A DNA stretch of 64,000 bases from contig OU015569.1 of the NCBI GenBank assembly GCA_907165135.1, positions 7,006,001 through 7,070,000 on the forward strand, in the 5' to 3' direction. Below are positions 38,737 to 61,016 of the stretch, in pieces. The stretch is from Oikopleura dioica. Taxonomy: Eukaryota; Animalia; Chordata. A program made the position numbers and the translations under genes. The first letter of the stretch is position 1; every line of letters starts with the position of its first letter. The notes below the pieces were generated by a model, which searched no databases, was not told the DNA's origin, and saw only the letters and a list, made by a program, of their open reading frames with translations.

Positions 38737-41700
38737 ATGACTTTATCTGAAGAAGATATAAGAGAGGGACTGGCCAATCTCTGCAAACCTTTACCTACAG
38801 GACTACTGGAACAAATTAACATATTTAAACAAATAATTTCAATCTTCTATTTCTTCGAAAAATTTGACAGAGAATCAGCACGCAAAATATTAAGAGATGT
38901 TTAAGGGTATAGTTATCGCTCAGGCCTACTTTGAGCTTGAACTCCTCTGGACTTGTAAATAGTGAGAATGTCCTTAAGTGCTAGAATTTAAGATCTATCT
39001 TAGATCTTACTATTGACAAGAGCTTTTTAAAAAATTCCTTCATTTTTGCCACGTGACGACCCCTCAAAGTTGGCATCTCGGCCAAAATAGGCTATATAAA
39101 CGGCCGAACTCCTCGAAATTTTACAAAAAAGTCCAGAATCTTTTTAAGTGGATTATGTAGGTCAGACCCTTATCTTAAAATTGACAAGAGCTTTTTTCAA
39201 TTACTAAATTTTTTCTTATAAAAATTTTTCGAAAATCGATTGAACCTATTTTTGACCTAAACAATCTCCTAAATTACCCTGAGGGCACTGCCCAAACTTA
39301 ACCGTTTTTATACCAGTTTGAAGCCCTAAGCATAAGCTTTCAAAAAATGTGTCATATGAAGCCCTTCTGAAGCTTCTTAAAATGGCCAAAATTTGGCTTA
39401 TGGGCAAAATGCATTAAAATTCGCCATTTTCAGTCTCAATTTCCGGAAAACCGGTTGAGATAGAGATAAAGGTCATGACTCATGAGGACTTTTTTGTTCA
39501 GAATTTCATGAGGATTCTAAAAATGGACTCAGATTAAAAATTTGAGACTTGGCAAAGAGCGATGACTATACCCTTAAATCAAGTGTAAAAGTTTCTAGGA
39601 TGCTCAGTTTTTGATCCACGAAAGAATTACCCGATCATCCGGGTTTGGACGAAAATGTTCCACACGCACCGAAGAGGGTTCATGGATTAGACTCAGAAGA
39701 AATACAACAAGCAATTTCTAATGCACTGCGATACTTTGATCGCGAAAGTCATGACCAATTACAGAAGGAGTTTCTTGAGGAGCTGAATGATTATGGGCAC
39801 ATCTACATGTACCGTTTTAGGCCGACTCGGATCCCTATCAAAGCTTATCCGGTTAATTTGTATCCATGCAAAACGAAGCAAGCTGCTTGCATGATGCACC
39901 AGATAATGAATAACTTAGGTAAGCAAGAAGTTTTAACGTCGAACAAAGAAATAGTTCATTTGTCACCTTAGTTCTGCGGTCAAATCGCTCGTTAAAGTTC
40001 GTATATGTAAAAGATTCTCGGCCTAATTCCAATAAAATTGTTATACTACTCTTGACGCAACCTTATTTCAGATTATGCCATCGCCCAATACCCGAACGAG
40101 CTCGTAACTTATGGAGGAAATGGACAGGTTAACCAGGGTCAAATAATATTCTATATTACATGTTTAGTGTTTCTGCTATTCTTGCGACCAAATGAGTTGT
40201 GTTTAGGTCTTTTCGAACTGGATTCAATTCCGGTTAACGATGTATTACTTGTCGATAATGAATGAAGAACAGACTCTTGTGATGAACTCCGGCCATCCGC
40301 TTGGCCTTTTTCCGAGTTCTAGAAATAGTCCGAGATGTATCATTACCAACGGAATGATGATTCCACGATTCTCGACGCCATCACAGTATCAAAATCCTTC
40401 GCGCTCGGAGTAACACAATACGGACAGATGACGGCTGGATCTTGGTGTTATATTGGTCCTCAAGCTATGGTGTGAGAGTCTTATTTTAAGGGTAATCCTA
40501 TACATCGGCGCGGCGCTGCTCGATCGATCCGCGCTCCGCCAGAACCTATTTTTCACTAGGCCATAGAATTCGACCGGAGTGAGATTTTTTTAAAATTCAA
40601 AAAGATTCGTAATCTTTAAACTCTCTTCTATTGCTCTAGCAAAAATGAAAAAAATCGGGAACGAGGAACTATCTGAAAACCGTCGGTTTCCTTCAAAGGA
40701 CATTTCCCGCCAGATTTTTCATTCAAATTTCACGAAAATCAGATGGTCTTGTAGAAAATCGTCTGCTCTACAATTCCTCTGATTTAGATTTTCCTTTAAC
40801 GTTCTCAAAAATTCTCGATGATAGTTTGAAGAGAGTGCTATTCTTCTCTGCCGGAGCGCGCCGTGAGAAATAGGAAGAAGAGAGGCGCGAGGAAGCATAG
40901 CGCTGTTTTAAAATGACCATGTAAAATAATTGAGAGCGCAAAAAGAAAATCTAAATCAGAGGAATTGTAGAGCAGACGATTCTCTACAAGACCATCTGAT
41001 TTTCGTGAAATTTGAATCAAAAATCTGGCGGGAAATGTCCTTTGAAGGAAACCGGCGGTTTTCAGATAGTTCCTCGTTCCCGATTTTTTCATTTTTGCTA
41101 GAGCAATAGAAGAGAGTTTAAGGATTCCGGTCGAATTTTATGGCCTTGTGAAAAATAGGTTCTGGCGGAGCGCGGATCGAGAGAGAAGCGCCACGCCGAT
41201 GTATAGGATTACCCTTAAATGCTCTCAATGCCTTACGTTTTACATCATTTAAAAAGGAATTGTACATGGAACAACACTGACCGTTCTTAACGCCTTTCGG
41301 AGGAAGTTTGACTCGTCCAATGGCGCAGGTCGAGTGTTCATCACCTCTGGACTTGGTGGTATGAGCGGTGCCCAAGCAAAGGCTGCCACAATTTGTGGCT
41401 GCGTTGGAGTTATCGCAGAGATCGACAAAAGTCATTTGATCAAACGCCAGAAACAAGGATGGCTCGATATTTACACAGATGATGTTGATGAAATCATCTC
41501 CTAATTCGACATTATCGCGAGGAAAAAGAGCCACTTCGATAGGCATTGGGTTCATATTTGCCTGTGGAAAATGATGCTTTCTAAAAGCTTCTTTCAAAGT
41601 TTATCTTAAAATAATGAATGAACCAAAAAAGGCTACCACGGAAATATAGTTCGTTTGTGGGAGAAGGTGGTGGAAGTTTACGAGAAAACTGGCGAGCTCC

Positions 41701-42978
41701 TTGTTGATATTGGCTCAGATCAAACGAGTTGTCATGATATCCGCGGTGGTGGATACCTTCCGATAGAATTGACAGCGGAAGAAGCTAAAACATACATAGG
41801 AATGGTTGCATAAATTGCATCAAATGAAAATCAAAAAGAAAATCATTAGCGAACCTTAAAAGCAACAAACGAGGAAAAATATTTGGAGCTGGTTCGGGAA
41901 CACTCCGCCGTCATATAGACGCCCTTAACAAACTTTCAAAAGCTGGACTTTACTTTTTGACTACGGGAATGCTTTTCTCCTTGAAGCTGGGCGAGCTGGA
42001 GCAAACGTATTTGAGAGCGGATCGACAACGAAATTCAAGTACCCTAGCTACGTACAACACATTATGGGAGACATTTTCAGGTTCAGTAGCGATGAGAGCT
42101 TTCCGAAAATCACCTTCTTTTAAGTCTTGGATTTGGTCCTTACCGCTGGATTTGCTCATCCGGAAAGCCATCAGATTTATCTAAAACGGACGAAATCGCA
42201 ATTTCTGTATTAGAAGGAATTGTCAACGAGGGAATCTCTGACGCCTCCAAGCAACAGTACCAAGACAATCTCCGCTGGATAAAAGAAGCAGACAAGCACA
42301 AATTGGTCGTCGGCTCTCAAGCGCGAATCTTGTACACTGACATGAAGGTAAAAGTTACTGTTAACACGATTAATATGAGACTAGGGTCGTTGGAAACTTG
42401 CAGAAGCGTTCAATGATGCAGTCGCAAAAGGAGTCATCAGTGCCCCAGTTATCTTGTCAAGAGATCACCACGATGTTTCAGGTAGTCAGTTATATACTGT
42501 CTCGTTTTAGAGTCATCCATTTGAGTAGATTCTTAATACGTATTCAGGGACTGACTCGCCTTTCCGCGAAACGAGTAATATTTACGATGGATCGGGGGTG
42601 ACAGCCGATATGGCAGTGCAAAATTGTCTAGGTTCGGTATTTCGTAGGCAGTGCAAATTTACTAAAATGACTCAAAGGAGACGCCGCACGAGGGGCAACC
42701 TGGGTGTCGCTGCATAACGGCGGCGGTGTAGGATGGGGTGAAGTGATGAACGGTGGCTTCGGTCATGTGCTTGACGGTTCGGAAGAACAGATAATCAAGG
42801 CAAGACGTTTTCTATCATGGGATGTAGCAAACGGTGTAGCAAGACGCTGCTGGTCAGGTATATGCACCTGCGAAGAAATTAAGGCTGATGATATTTTTAA
42901 GGAAATGCGCTTGCGAAAATTGCGATTCAAGAAGCAATGGACAAAAATCCAAATTTGATCATCACGCTACCACATTAG
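38737..42978 (+). CDS. UROC1: Urocanate hydratase (urocanase), multi-exon
   Basis: VPHAPKR, YGHIYMYRFRP, MMHQIMNNLD, YPNELVTYGGNGQ, YGQMTAGSWCYIGPQGIVHGT, SGLGGMSGAQ, SDQTSCH, DYGNAF, LSRDHHDVSG, SLHNGGGVGWG, WDVANGVARRCW. Four apparent 1-nt homopolymer deletions. Confidence 0.95.
38905..39573. mobile_element. TTAA/GGG MITE (Kolobok-like) in urocanase intron 1
   Basis: TTAA|GGGTATAGTTATCGCTC ... GAGCGATGACTATACCC|TTAA (17-bp TIR, 1 mismatch). Confidence 0.85.
40490..41214. mobile_element. Long-palindromic TTAA/GGG MITE (Kolobok-like) in a urocanase intron
   Basis: TTAA|GGGTAATCCTATACATCGGCG ... CGCCGATGTATAGGATTACCC|TTAA. Arms are ~290-325 bp and highly similar; the left arm has a ~30-bp extra segment. 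Confidence 0.9.
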
Positions 42979-43553
42979 AGTCTTGGAGTATATTGGACTC
43001 TGTTCTTCAATAGCATATCTAGTGACTTAAAATTTGAATAAAATCTTATTGAATTGAATTTATTATCGCTTGTTGTTTACATATCAGAAAAATACGCTAC
43101 CAAGAAGGGGTAGAATATGAAATAGAAAGAACTAGAGAAAGTATAGAGAGCAGTAGCTTAGTACAAAGATGGAAAAATGCATAATTTGGTCAAGAATATC
43201 TTTCACTCAAAAACTCTTCTTTTCTTTATCAAAGAAAGTCAATATTCAAGACATTGAATTTTAAGTACAATTTCACAGTGCAAGCATCATGATTCGTAAA
43301 TCATGATCGATTTAAAGCCGTAGTGTAATTTTTCGTGCACTTATGTATTCGAACACTTGAGTATTCGCGCGAAAAGTTTTGTCGAGCTATTCTAGAGTTG
43401 ACCATCTTCCAAATGGCGCGGTTGGCAGGGCAGAAATATATTAAGTTGAGTTTTGTCAACAGCTGAAATTGTAGTCGAGGCTTTTGGAGCAGAGTTGAGG
43501 GGCCGATTTCTTGGTACACAGACTTGTGTACTTTTGCAAATGCGGTTTGAAGA

Positions 43554-53629
<10,076 letters not shown>

Positions 53630-55654
53630 CTGAAATCGACATTTAGCCTGAAAATCGCTGGGAGAATGAGAATGAGGCCTACCCAGTGGAGAGAGAGTAC
53701 TGAAGGGCATTGACTGCTAGTACTACTTCTGAGGGGCGATGTGCCAGTGCATTATTCTAGTCATCAACACCTCGGGCGCTTACTTTTTGGCTTATCAAGG
53801 CAGCGGTGTAGCTTTCGTCCATCTTGTCTGTCATTTTCTTCAATTATTAGGCTATCTTTCGAAACTTCCTTCTTTTTTCTTTTCTTTGCTCTCCTTGCCG
53901 TTTTCTTTGAACTTCTATCTCATTTCACGATTCCAGTCTGAAAGCAAGAATTCGGGTAAACCTTGAATAATATAAGCCCTGCGCGCTCGTTGAAGAGAAC
54001 TATCAAAGGCGCTGATCACTCATTCATAAAATAATCATAGGTTACACGTACAAGTGCGATCATCCATTACTTATTCAGGTGCTTTCTCTGGGGGATAGAT
54101 TTATTTTCGCGGGTTAGCTTCGGAGGCAGGGCTGCCCTTTCGTTCTAGCGGCAACATTCTAGCGCCCGCCCGAACGCTATCGGAAGACGCTGGAGAGGAT
54201 AATGAGGAGAGAAGGAAAACCGAAACGGGGACGATATTCGATTCGCTCGTTTTTTCTCTTCGCTGTTCGGGCTCATCCTCTCTAAATGTCGTCCCACGAT
54301 GTTCTTAAGGTCGCCTGCCACTAGATAGCGCAATTCTCTTGTTGAAGTCGGCGGGGTGCGCGGCAGTGGAGACAGGTTTTTATGAGTTAGAAGAAGCTGT
54401 ATGTTTTGGGTGAGTCACTGGGCTCTAACGGGAGGCTCTCGCGCGCCCCTGAAGAGCAGAAAACGCTCGAAACGCGCGCACACCCTAGCCCAAAGCTCAT
54501 TCCATGGTCAGTCCTTACTGTAACTCCTTTTTCCGCCTTCACATTGAGAAACAATGCTTCTCCCCGACCGCTGGCCCCCCATTGGTCGACTAGAAAGGGA
54601 CTGCAGGAGGTCTGAGAAGCGAGAAAAAAACATAACAAGGTGCCCATCAAGTCGTTAACAATAATTACGATTTTCTTTTTGAACTTTCGTCACCAATTAC
54701 GTCATGAGAATAAGTTAAGCTAGACTCAAGGCTAGTCAGCCTGATGACCTTGCTTTTCAAAGAAAATTAATTATTGGACTAAGTTATTGGGTAAGTCTTA
54801 CCAGTTATTATCGACACTAGAAGTGGTAAGTTCAAATCTAACGATTTTTCTAACGCCTTTCCCTTAGAATTTCTAATCATCGCATTCGCTATCCAATAAG
54901 CGCGCGTTTTCGAAAAACTCTAGTGGATGGGTTCTGATGGAAGACACAAACTGCTCAGAGAGGAGTTTGAAAGCGCGCGTTTCTTGGCGCTTTTCTGATT
55001 AGAAACTTTTTCTTCCAAATTTCTAAAGAACTACGAACTTAGCTTTAGAAATTCTAAGTTTAGAATGTAAGTCCGTTTAAGAAACAATTTCAGATTTTAA
55101 TTTACCGACTTTACCAATAATTTATCGACACTCCGTATTAATAACCGCAGTCACTAAGAAACATTGTCCACAAGACGAAAACAGTATATAATGAGAATAA
55201 AATCATGCTCTTAGGGAACATTCTGCTATTAGCTCGAACGAGAAAAAACGATTATGATGCGTCGATTCAGCGAGAAAGATAAAGATGCAGATGACAATTG
55301 TCAATTGAAAACATGACTCGAACTTTTATTTGAGCAAAACAGAGGCAGTCAGCTCTCTAGCCGAGCAAAATGCATAACCAAGCACTCGTAGTTGCGTTTT
55401 TCGTAGAGTGTCACTTGCGCGCTCTTTTCGTAAAATAGGACATCTCCTGAAAAACAGAATCATTCTATTGCTGCGTTATCAATTCTTTTCAGCGTGGGAA
55501 TTAAATAGAATTTAGATTAACTATTACTCATAATCTATTAGTTAATAACTAATTATAATTCTTGTTGCCTTCCATGCTTTCGGTGACAGCGATAAATTTC
55601 GATCCACTGGAACTCTTAAGAATACATAGATCTCATATAAAATCTCATTTTACC

Positions 55655-56157
55655 GCGTCTTTGAAGTAAATAGATATGTCCCCAGAGGAACTCTTCAAGA
55701 TCGAAGAATACGTATTTTTTCTCCCGCAACACAACTTCAGCTCCATATCTACTGGCTGTTTAGGTTTGTCGATTTCCTCATTTCTCATTTCTGATCAGCA
55801 TTCTCTCAAACTTCCCTGGTTATCGTCGATGTAGATTTTCAAGCTGCTCTCGTGGCGCTTCGGGTGGTACTCGGTTTCTGGACGCTCACGCGTTGTAATT
55901 TCTACCTCCACCGAACTCTTAAAATGAAGTCTATTTGATAGAAATTTGCTTCGGATCATAAGTTTACATTTCCAAAAATTTAAGACGCGTTTTAGTGACG
56001 AAGGTTTCGAAGTCTTCGCCGGAGATGCCATTTCGCACTTCGTACCCGACACACCCTCCATCGATCTAAGAATGCAATTTTTCCCATCATTACTAGAAAA
56101 CCCTCATTACTTTTGATCTTCTTGAGAAGAAACAACTTTTTCTCTTCCATCTTCCAT
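55655..56157 (-). CDS. Possible small hypothetical protein
   Basis: ATG exon MEDGREKVVSSQEDQK|gtaatg spliced to the ORF at 55795-56061. The frames do not close cleanly and no homology is recognised. Confidence 0.25.
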
Positions 56158-56536
56158 CTGGTTTCATGTGATTTTTCGGATTATCTTTTTGGCGGAAATC
56201 TGGCTAAATGAAAAGTCTCCTTTCCAAAAATAAAAGTGGCTTTGTAGAGGGCCCTTGTAATCTAAGCATGTCTTTTGAAAGCAGATCACCAGACAAAAAC
56301 TAATTTTCCTTATAAGTTATATATTGTTGTAATTATCTTGGAGGGCAACGGATGGGCAGTTGCTCATTGTTCTCCGTAAAATACAAGCGACAATACTCGA
56401 TAGCTGCCAACATTAACATGCCGTCGATGAATCACAACTAAATGCAGTACGTCGGTCTCCAAGGACCTAGCCTTTGGTAAACATAACACGTATTTATGCT
56501 GAAAACTGCAAACACGGGTTTCAGATTGTTTCCACA

Positions 56537-57597
56537 ATGTTTAAGATTTTTGTGGCGAGTTTGCTGCACGAGGCTGTCGGGGTTTCGTGTATCGTTTGCT
56601 CGTCTGTTCGAGAAGAGTCAGTCAAGGTGACCGAAAACAGCGAGCTATTGAACGAGTGTTTTATTTAGTCCTTTTCTGGATCAGTGGCATCCATCGGTTC
56701 CAAAGGAGATTGCTGGAGACAGCCGAAAGCTGCCAACTTCCGCTCAGAGGAATGCGCGCTCGGATGCTACTCGCTTTACTACGCCATGCAGAGTAAATAC
56801 CAATACCACGTTAATTCGTTGTTACAAACAAGTGGCTAGTTGAAGACACGGACAAAGGCAAAATCGAAAAACGAGTGGTAGAGCGTGGATGTCAATTCGA
56901 TATCGATGGCGAGGCAGGAGTACGATTCCGCTTTCCTTCCGATGGAACATGCGCCGGAATGTGCAAAGTGGCACTCCGGGAGAAAAATTACGGAAATTAT
57001 GGAACGATAAACGCTATTTTCGACACAAGTAGCTCCGCAACAGGTTCATATATCATTTGTATAAAGTACCTCTTTTATTTCAATCGTTAATCTTTCGAAA
57101 GGAAACTCGTATCCGTACGGTTCTCTGGAATGGTCTGCCGCTGGTCCTCTTCGTTGTCATCAGTGTTCAACGCACGGGCGCGTGGAATCAAGCGCAGATA
57201 TCTCTTGCTTGAGGCCAGAGGGATCAGGCTCAACCTGTCCCTCTGTCAACGCAACAAGTTGCTACGAGACAACTGCCTTATTCAACGTGACAGATGAATT
57301 TGGAGAGAAAAAGTAATTCGCGCGCAACGACTTTTGAGATAGAATTAATTAAGTGAATATGCTTTTGCAGAACGAGGCTGCAGCAGCGCGAAATCAAATT
57401 CTCTAACAGACTCGATTTTCTCGAAAAGTCACGAGCTCTTTAACGATACTGAACGCGAGCTGACCACACATTTCTGCAACGGAAATGGATGTAACTCAGC
57501 ATTTCCAGAAGAAGTATTAGATTTGGACAGTTCAGCTTCCAGCCTAAACAATTTTGGAATGCTCTCGGCTTTTATTCTCCTTCAAAATGCCTTATAA
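56537..57597 (+). CDS. GPI-anchored protein with two Ly6/uPAR (three-finger, quiver-like) domains
   Basis: Signal peptide; C-x2-C starts (VSCIVC, LRCHQC); ERGC motifs; terminal FCNGNGCN; hydrophobic C-terminal GPI signal SSASSLNNFGMLSAFILLQNAL. Confidence 0.75.
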
Positions 57598-58009
57598 ACC
57601 GATTACTATACTTCAAATATATATAGCTCTATACTTTAAGTTGCATTTTTGAAAGTCCAATATTATAAACTTCAAGCTGCGAATGCAAGGCCGCACATTT
57701 TTGCGGCTGCGCGCATAATCAATTTCAATTTCTCGATCTATTTTTAAGAATGTAGGTCGAATTTAACTTAATTTCAACAGTTTATATTTTCAGCGGCACA
57801 AAAAATGAACACGTGATTTGTGTTGTAATAGAATAGAAATTCTAGATATAATAATCAAAAAATGGGCCACTTTTGTCGAGGCTTTGATTATTATATCCAA
57901 GAAGATGTTTTGAAAGCGATTGAAAGACTTCCGGGAATGAAAACGTTTTTGACAAATGTAGTTGCTTCAATATTGTCGACAACGGCAGGGAATACTGTGC
58001 GTTTGTTTA

Positions 58010-58696
58010 TTCAGTAGGTCGGGCCAGAGTTGACTCGATTTGTGTAATTTGTACTTCTAAATAGTGTTGATTGAGATTGCATTTCTGATTATCGAACCTT
58101 GAACTGCTGGAGAAGGGTTTTGCCTCTGCGAGAGCATGAAGGAAGGGAGCTTCTTCTTGCACATATAAAGAAGTGGCCCTCCTATCAGAACTAAGATGAC
58201 GATGATTGAAATTATTGCTTTTGCTCCTCCCGTCAGTTCCCTAATCAAGCAATAGTTCACATGAAGATGTTGAGATGACTCACTGTTCGGTTCCTGGGTA
58301 TTCCCAGTTCCCATCCGCTGCATTCTGCCAAATTTTGTTTTGATCGGTCTCCGCGGGCTTCAATCTCTGTAGAAGATCTTCGTCCTGTATCTTCTTAAAT
58401 TGCCCTCCACTGGAACTCAACTCGCCCAGTGGATTCTCCATTTCAGCCATAGCTCTCCTGGCGTTTTTTTTTTCTTTCAATTATTCTATTTTTCTCTCTT
58501 CAGGATTTATTCTCGGCAGGAGATCGAAAGCAGGGGTTCGCTATCTCGCCAATGAAACTTGTGCGGACGCTTTGCCCAGCGGGAAATGCTCAGTAAGACA
58601 ACCTCCCCGCACCATCAACACTGGTGCAAAAACGTAAAACATGAAATTATAGCGTTTTCTCCCTGCCATTTTTGAATTGGTTTTGATTTGCATCAT
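58010..58696 (-). CDS. Small single-pass membrane protein, unknown function
   Basis: Putative signal peptide (FMFYVFAPVLMVRG), polar ectodomain ORF 58280-58480, TM AIISIIVILVLIGGPLLYMCKKK. Exon structure unresolved. Confidence 0.45.
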
Positions 58697-58799
58697 TTTC
58701 TGGAAACGTGCAACTTATGTTTACAAATTCCGGGAAGGAGTGGTGATTGATTATGGATTTGAGGAAAAGCATAGAATATTCTAGTTGGCAAGGGCTTAT

Positions 58800-60667
58800 T
58801 TATTTAACAGGTTTCGTCAAAGTTGAACGCTTTCTCATAAAATTAGCGCAGAGGAAAAATATGCCACCAATGACGAGACAAATGCCCGAGACGAGAACCG
58901 CTGTGTTCATCTTCCCAGTTTTGTCTGCCAGACTCGCCGCGAAAATGGGCATGCCAAAGACGCCGATGCATTCTATCAAGCAAGTGAGAGCAAGTGCATA
59001 TGACAAGAGCTCTATTGGTACACAGTCGCTGTAGCAAGCTGTCATCAGCGAAATCGGCGCTGCGTTTACTTGGCGAAGAAGTTTATCTTGAAGTCGTGTG
59101 CTGGTTAATCATACCTACTGGCAGAATCATCGAATAAATCTGAAACTGCGTCTCTGTCGATAGAAACAATCCAGCAATTACATTTAGCGCGCCGAGAAGC
59201 CCGTGAAAAAAGCCAGCAATGCCGAGCAATCCAATCTTCCTCGCAAAGTCTTTAGTCCACAGATAGCCCGCAGAGGGTCTTACGAAAATTTCAATAAACG
59301 CCATTAACATAAGCGCTTTAGTGGCAGTGAATTGATCGACGCCAACGTGCTCTGTTGCTAATTTAAAGATTTCCAAAAATCAAACATTTTTAGCGAACTC
59401 AAAAAATAAGGATTAAAGTTTCCAATTTGGGAATCCCTTTACGAACGGCACAATGACAGGAAATAAAGTTATTCTTCCAGATTCGCAAAAAGTCGAGGCT
59501 AAAGTGAAAACCAAGTAAATTGGTCGAGAAAGAAGAGACTTTATAATTGACAGGAGCTGTCGATCATTTTCATCGGAATCTGATTGCTGAAGAAATGATT
59601 TTCAAACAAATATAACCGGTTGATGATCTCACTTTCGCAGGATGATCAAGATCCCTTAGTAAAGCTCCGCCAATACAGGAGTTTGCAGCGATCCCAGCGT
59701 AAATCAAGAGTGCACCTCGAGCCCCGTAATTTTCGTTTAGATAAACGAATAGCGGGGGAAAGAGAATGCAACAGATAGAAATGCCTGTCATTCCGAAAGA
59801 CAAGGCTAACGGGCGCCTCCTGTCGAACCACTTAGTAACCGCAACGGATGAACTTATCAGTCCAAAGTTACTTCCAAGACCACTTATCGCAAATCCAACA
59901 CATAATTGCCAAATTTCGCTAGCTTTACATGGAATTGCCTGAGCACTTACCTTAATCAACATTAAATCCTTCATGATTAGCTATATAATTTAGACAGAAA
60001 TATCAAATTCCATTCCTTGTGAACAAATAATATATCCAGAGGAAGTGAGAATTCCTCCAGCGATTCCCACAACTTGAGTTCCAAATTTACGATAACACCA
60101 GCTGCTGAGAAAGCCTCCACCAAGAAAAAACGACGGCAAAAGAGTTATCGCTAAAAATGAGACGAAAGGCTGCTATAAATTTGAAATTTCTAGTTTTGTC
60201 GACTCTTTCCCATAGTTATGTCAGCGTTTGATGCGTTGAATGTTTCCTATTGAGGGGTTCTAATCTGCCTGCCCAAGCACTTTCAATCAATACCCTTTAT
60301 TCCGCTTGTTTTAGAGGTAGGCACATTAGAACTCTAACCCGAAGGGGAACAAAGAAGACTGTCAGAGATTTCAGAAATCCACCGTAAAATCCCACTGTCA
60401 CAATGGTTGTTTACATGGTTATCACAACATATCACATTTCCAGCTTTGGCGTAGTATATGTAGAGATATCAATGTATAATTAAACAACCATTTTATCAAG
60501 AATTGACCTAACGCAACAAACCACCCGAAACCACCATCAGGCGCTGCCGTAGAAATATTCTCTTTCTCCAGCGCTTGGTCTTCATCGCCGTCGCTCGTTC
60601 TCGATAGCTGTGATAAAGGAGGTCTTTGGAATGCTATAGAAAAAGATCTAGCGCGACCTTCCGACAT
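58800..60667 (-). CDS. SLC16: Monocarboxylate transporter (SLC16/MCT family, MFS), multi-exon
   Basis: APDGGFGW N-terminal motif, WFDRRRPLALSFGMTG, YGARGALLIYAGIAANSCIGGALLR, and multiple TM helices. Confidence 0.88.
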
Positions 60668-61016
60668 GTCCTGAGGCGAGTGGCACAGTGCGAGTGTAGC
60701 TGCTGCCGCCGTTTTGATCATAAACGTCACTCCTAAAGTGCCAGCGCCAACAACAGTCATGAATAGCTAGCAGTTCCCACCACCGGAAGCGAAAGTGAAT
60801 ACGACTGAGACTTACTCTTATTTTTATTTCTTCCAAATTGCGTCAATTAAAATTTCCAAGCAATAAACCTCGCACTAAGAACCCTGCTTATGTCAAGTTT
60901 GAAATACCTTATTTGCCGACGAAAATGTTTTATCTTTTGTATTTACAGTCACTTCAAAAAGAAGAAATTACGACTCTCTTGTAGCAAGCAAGCTAAATAA
61001 GCTCGTAATTCTATAT

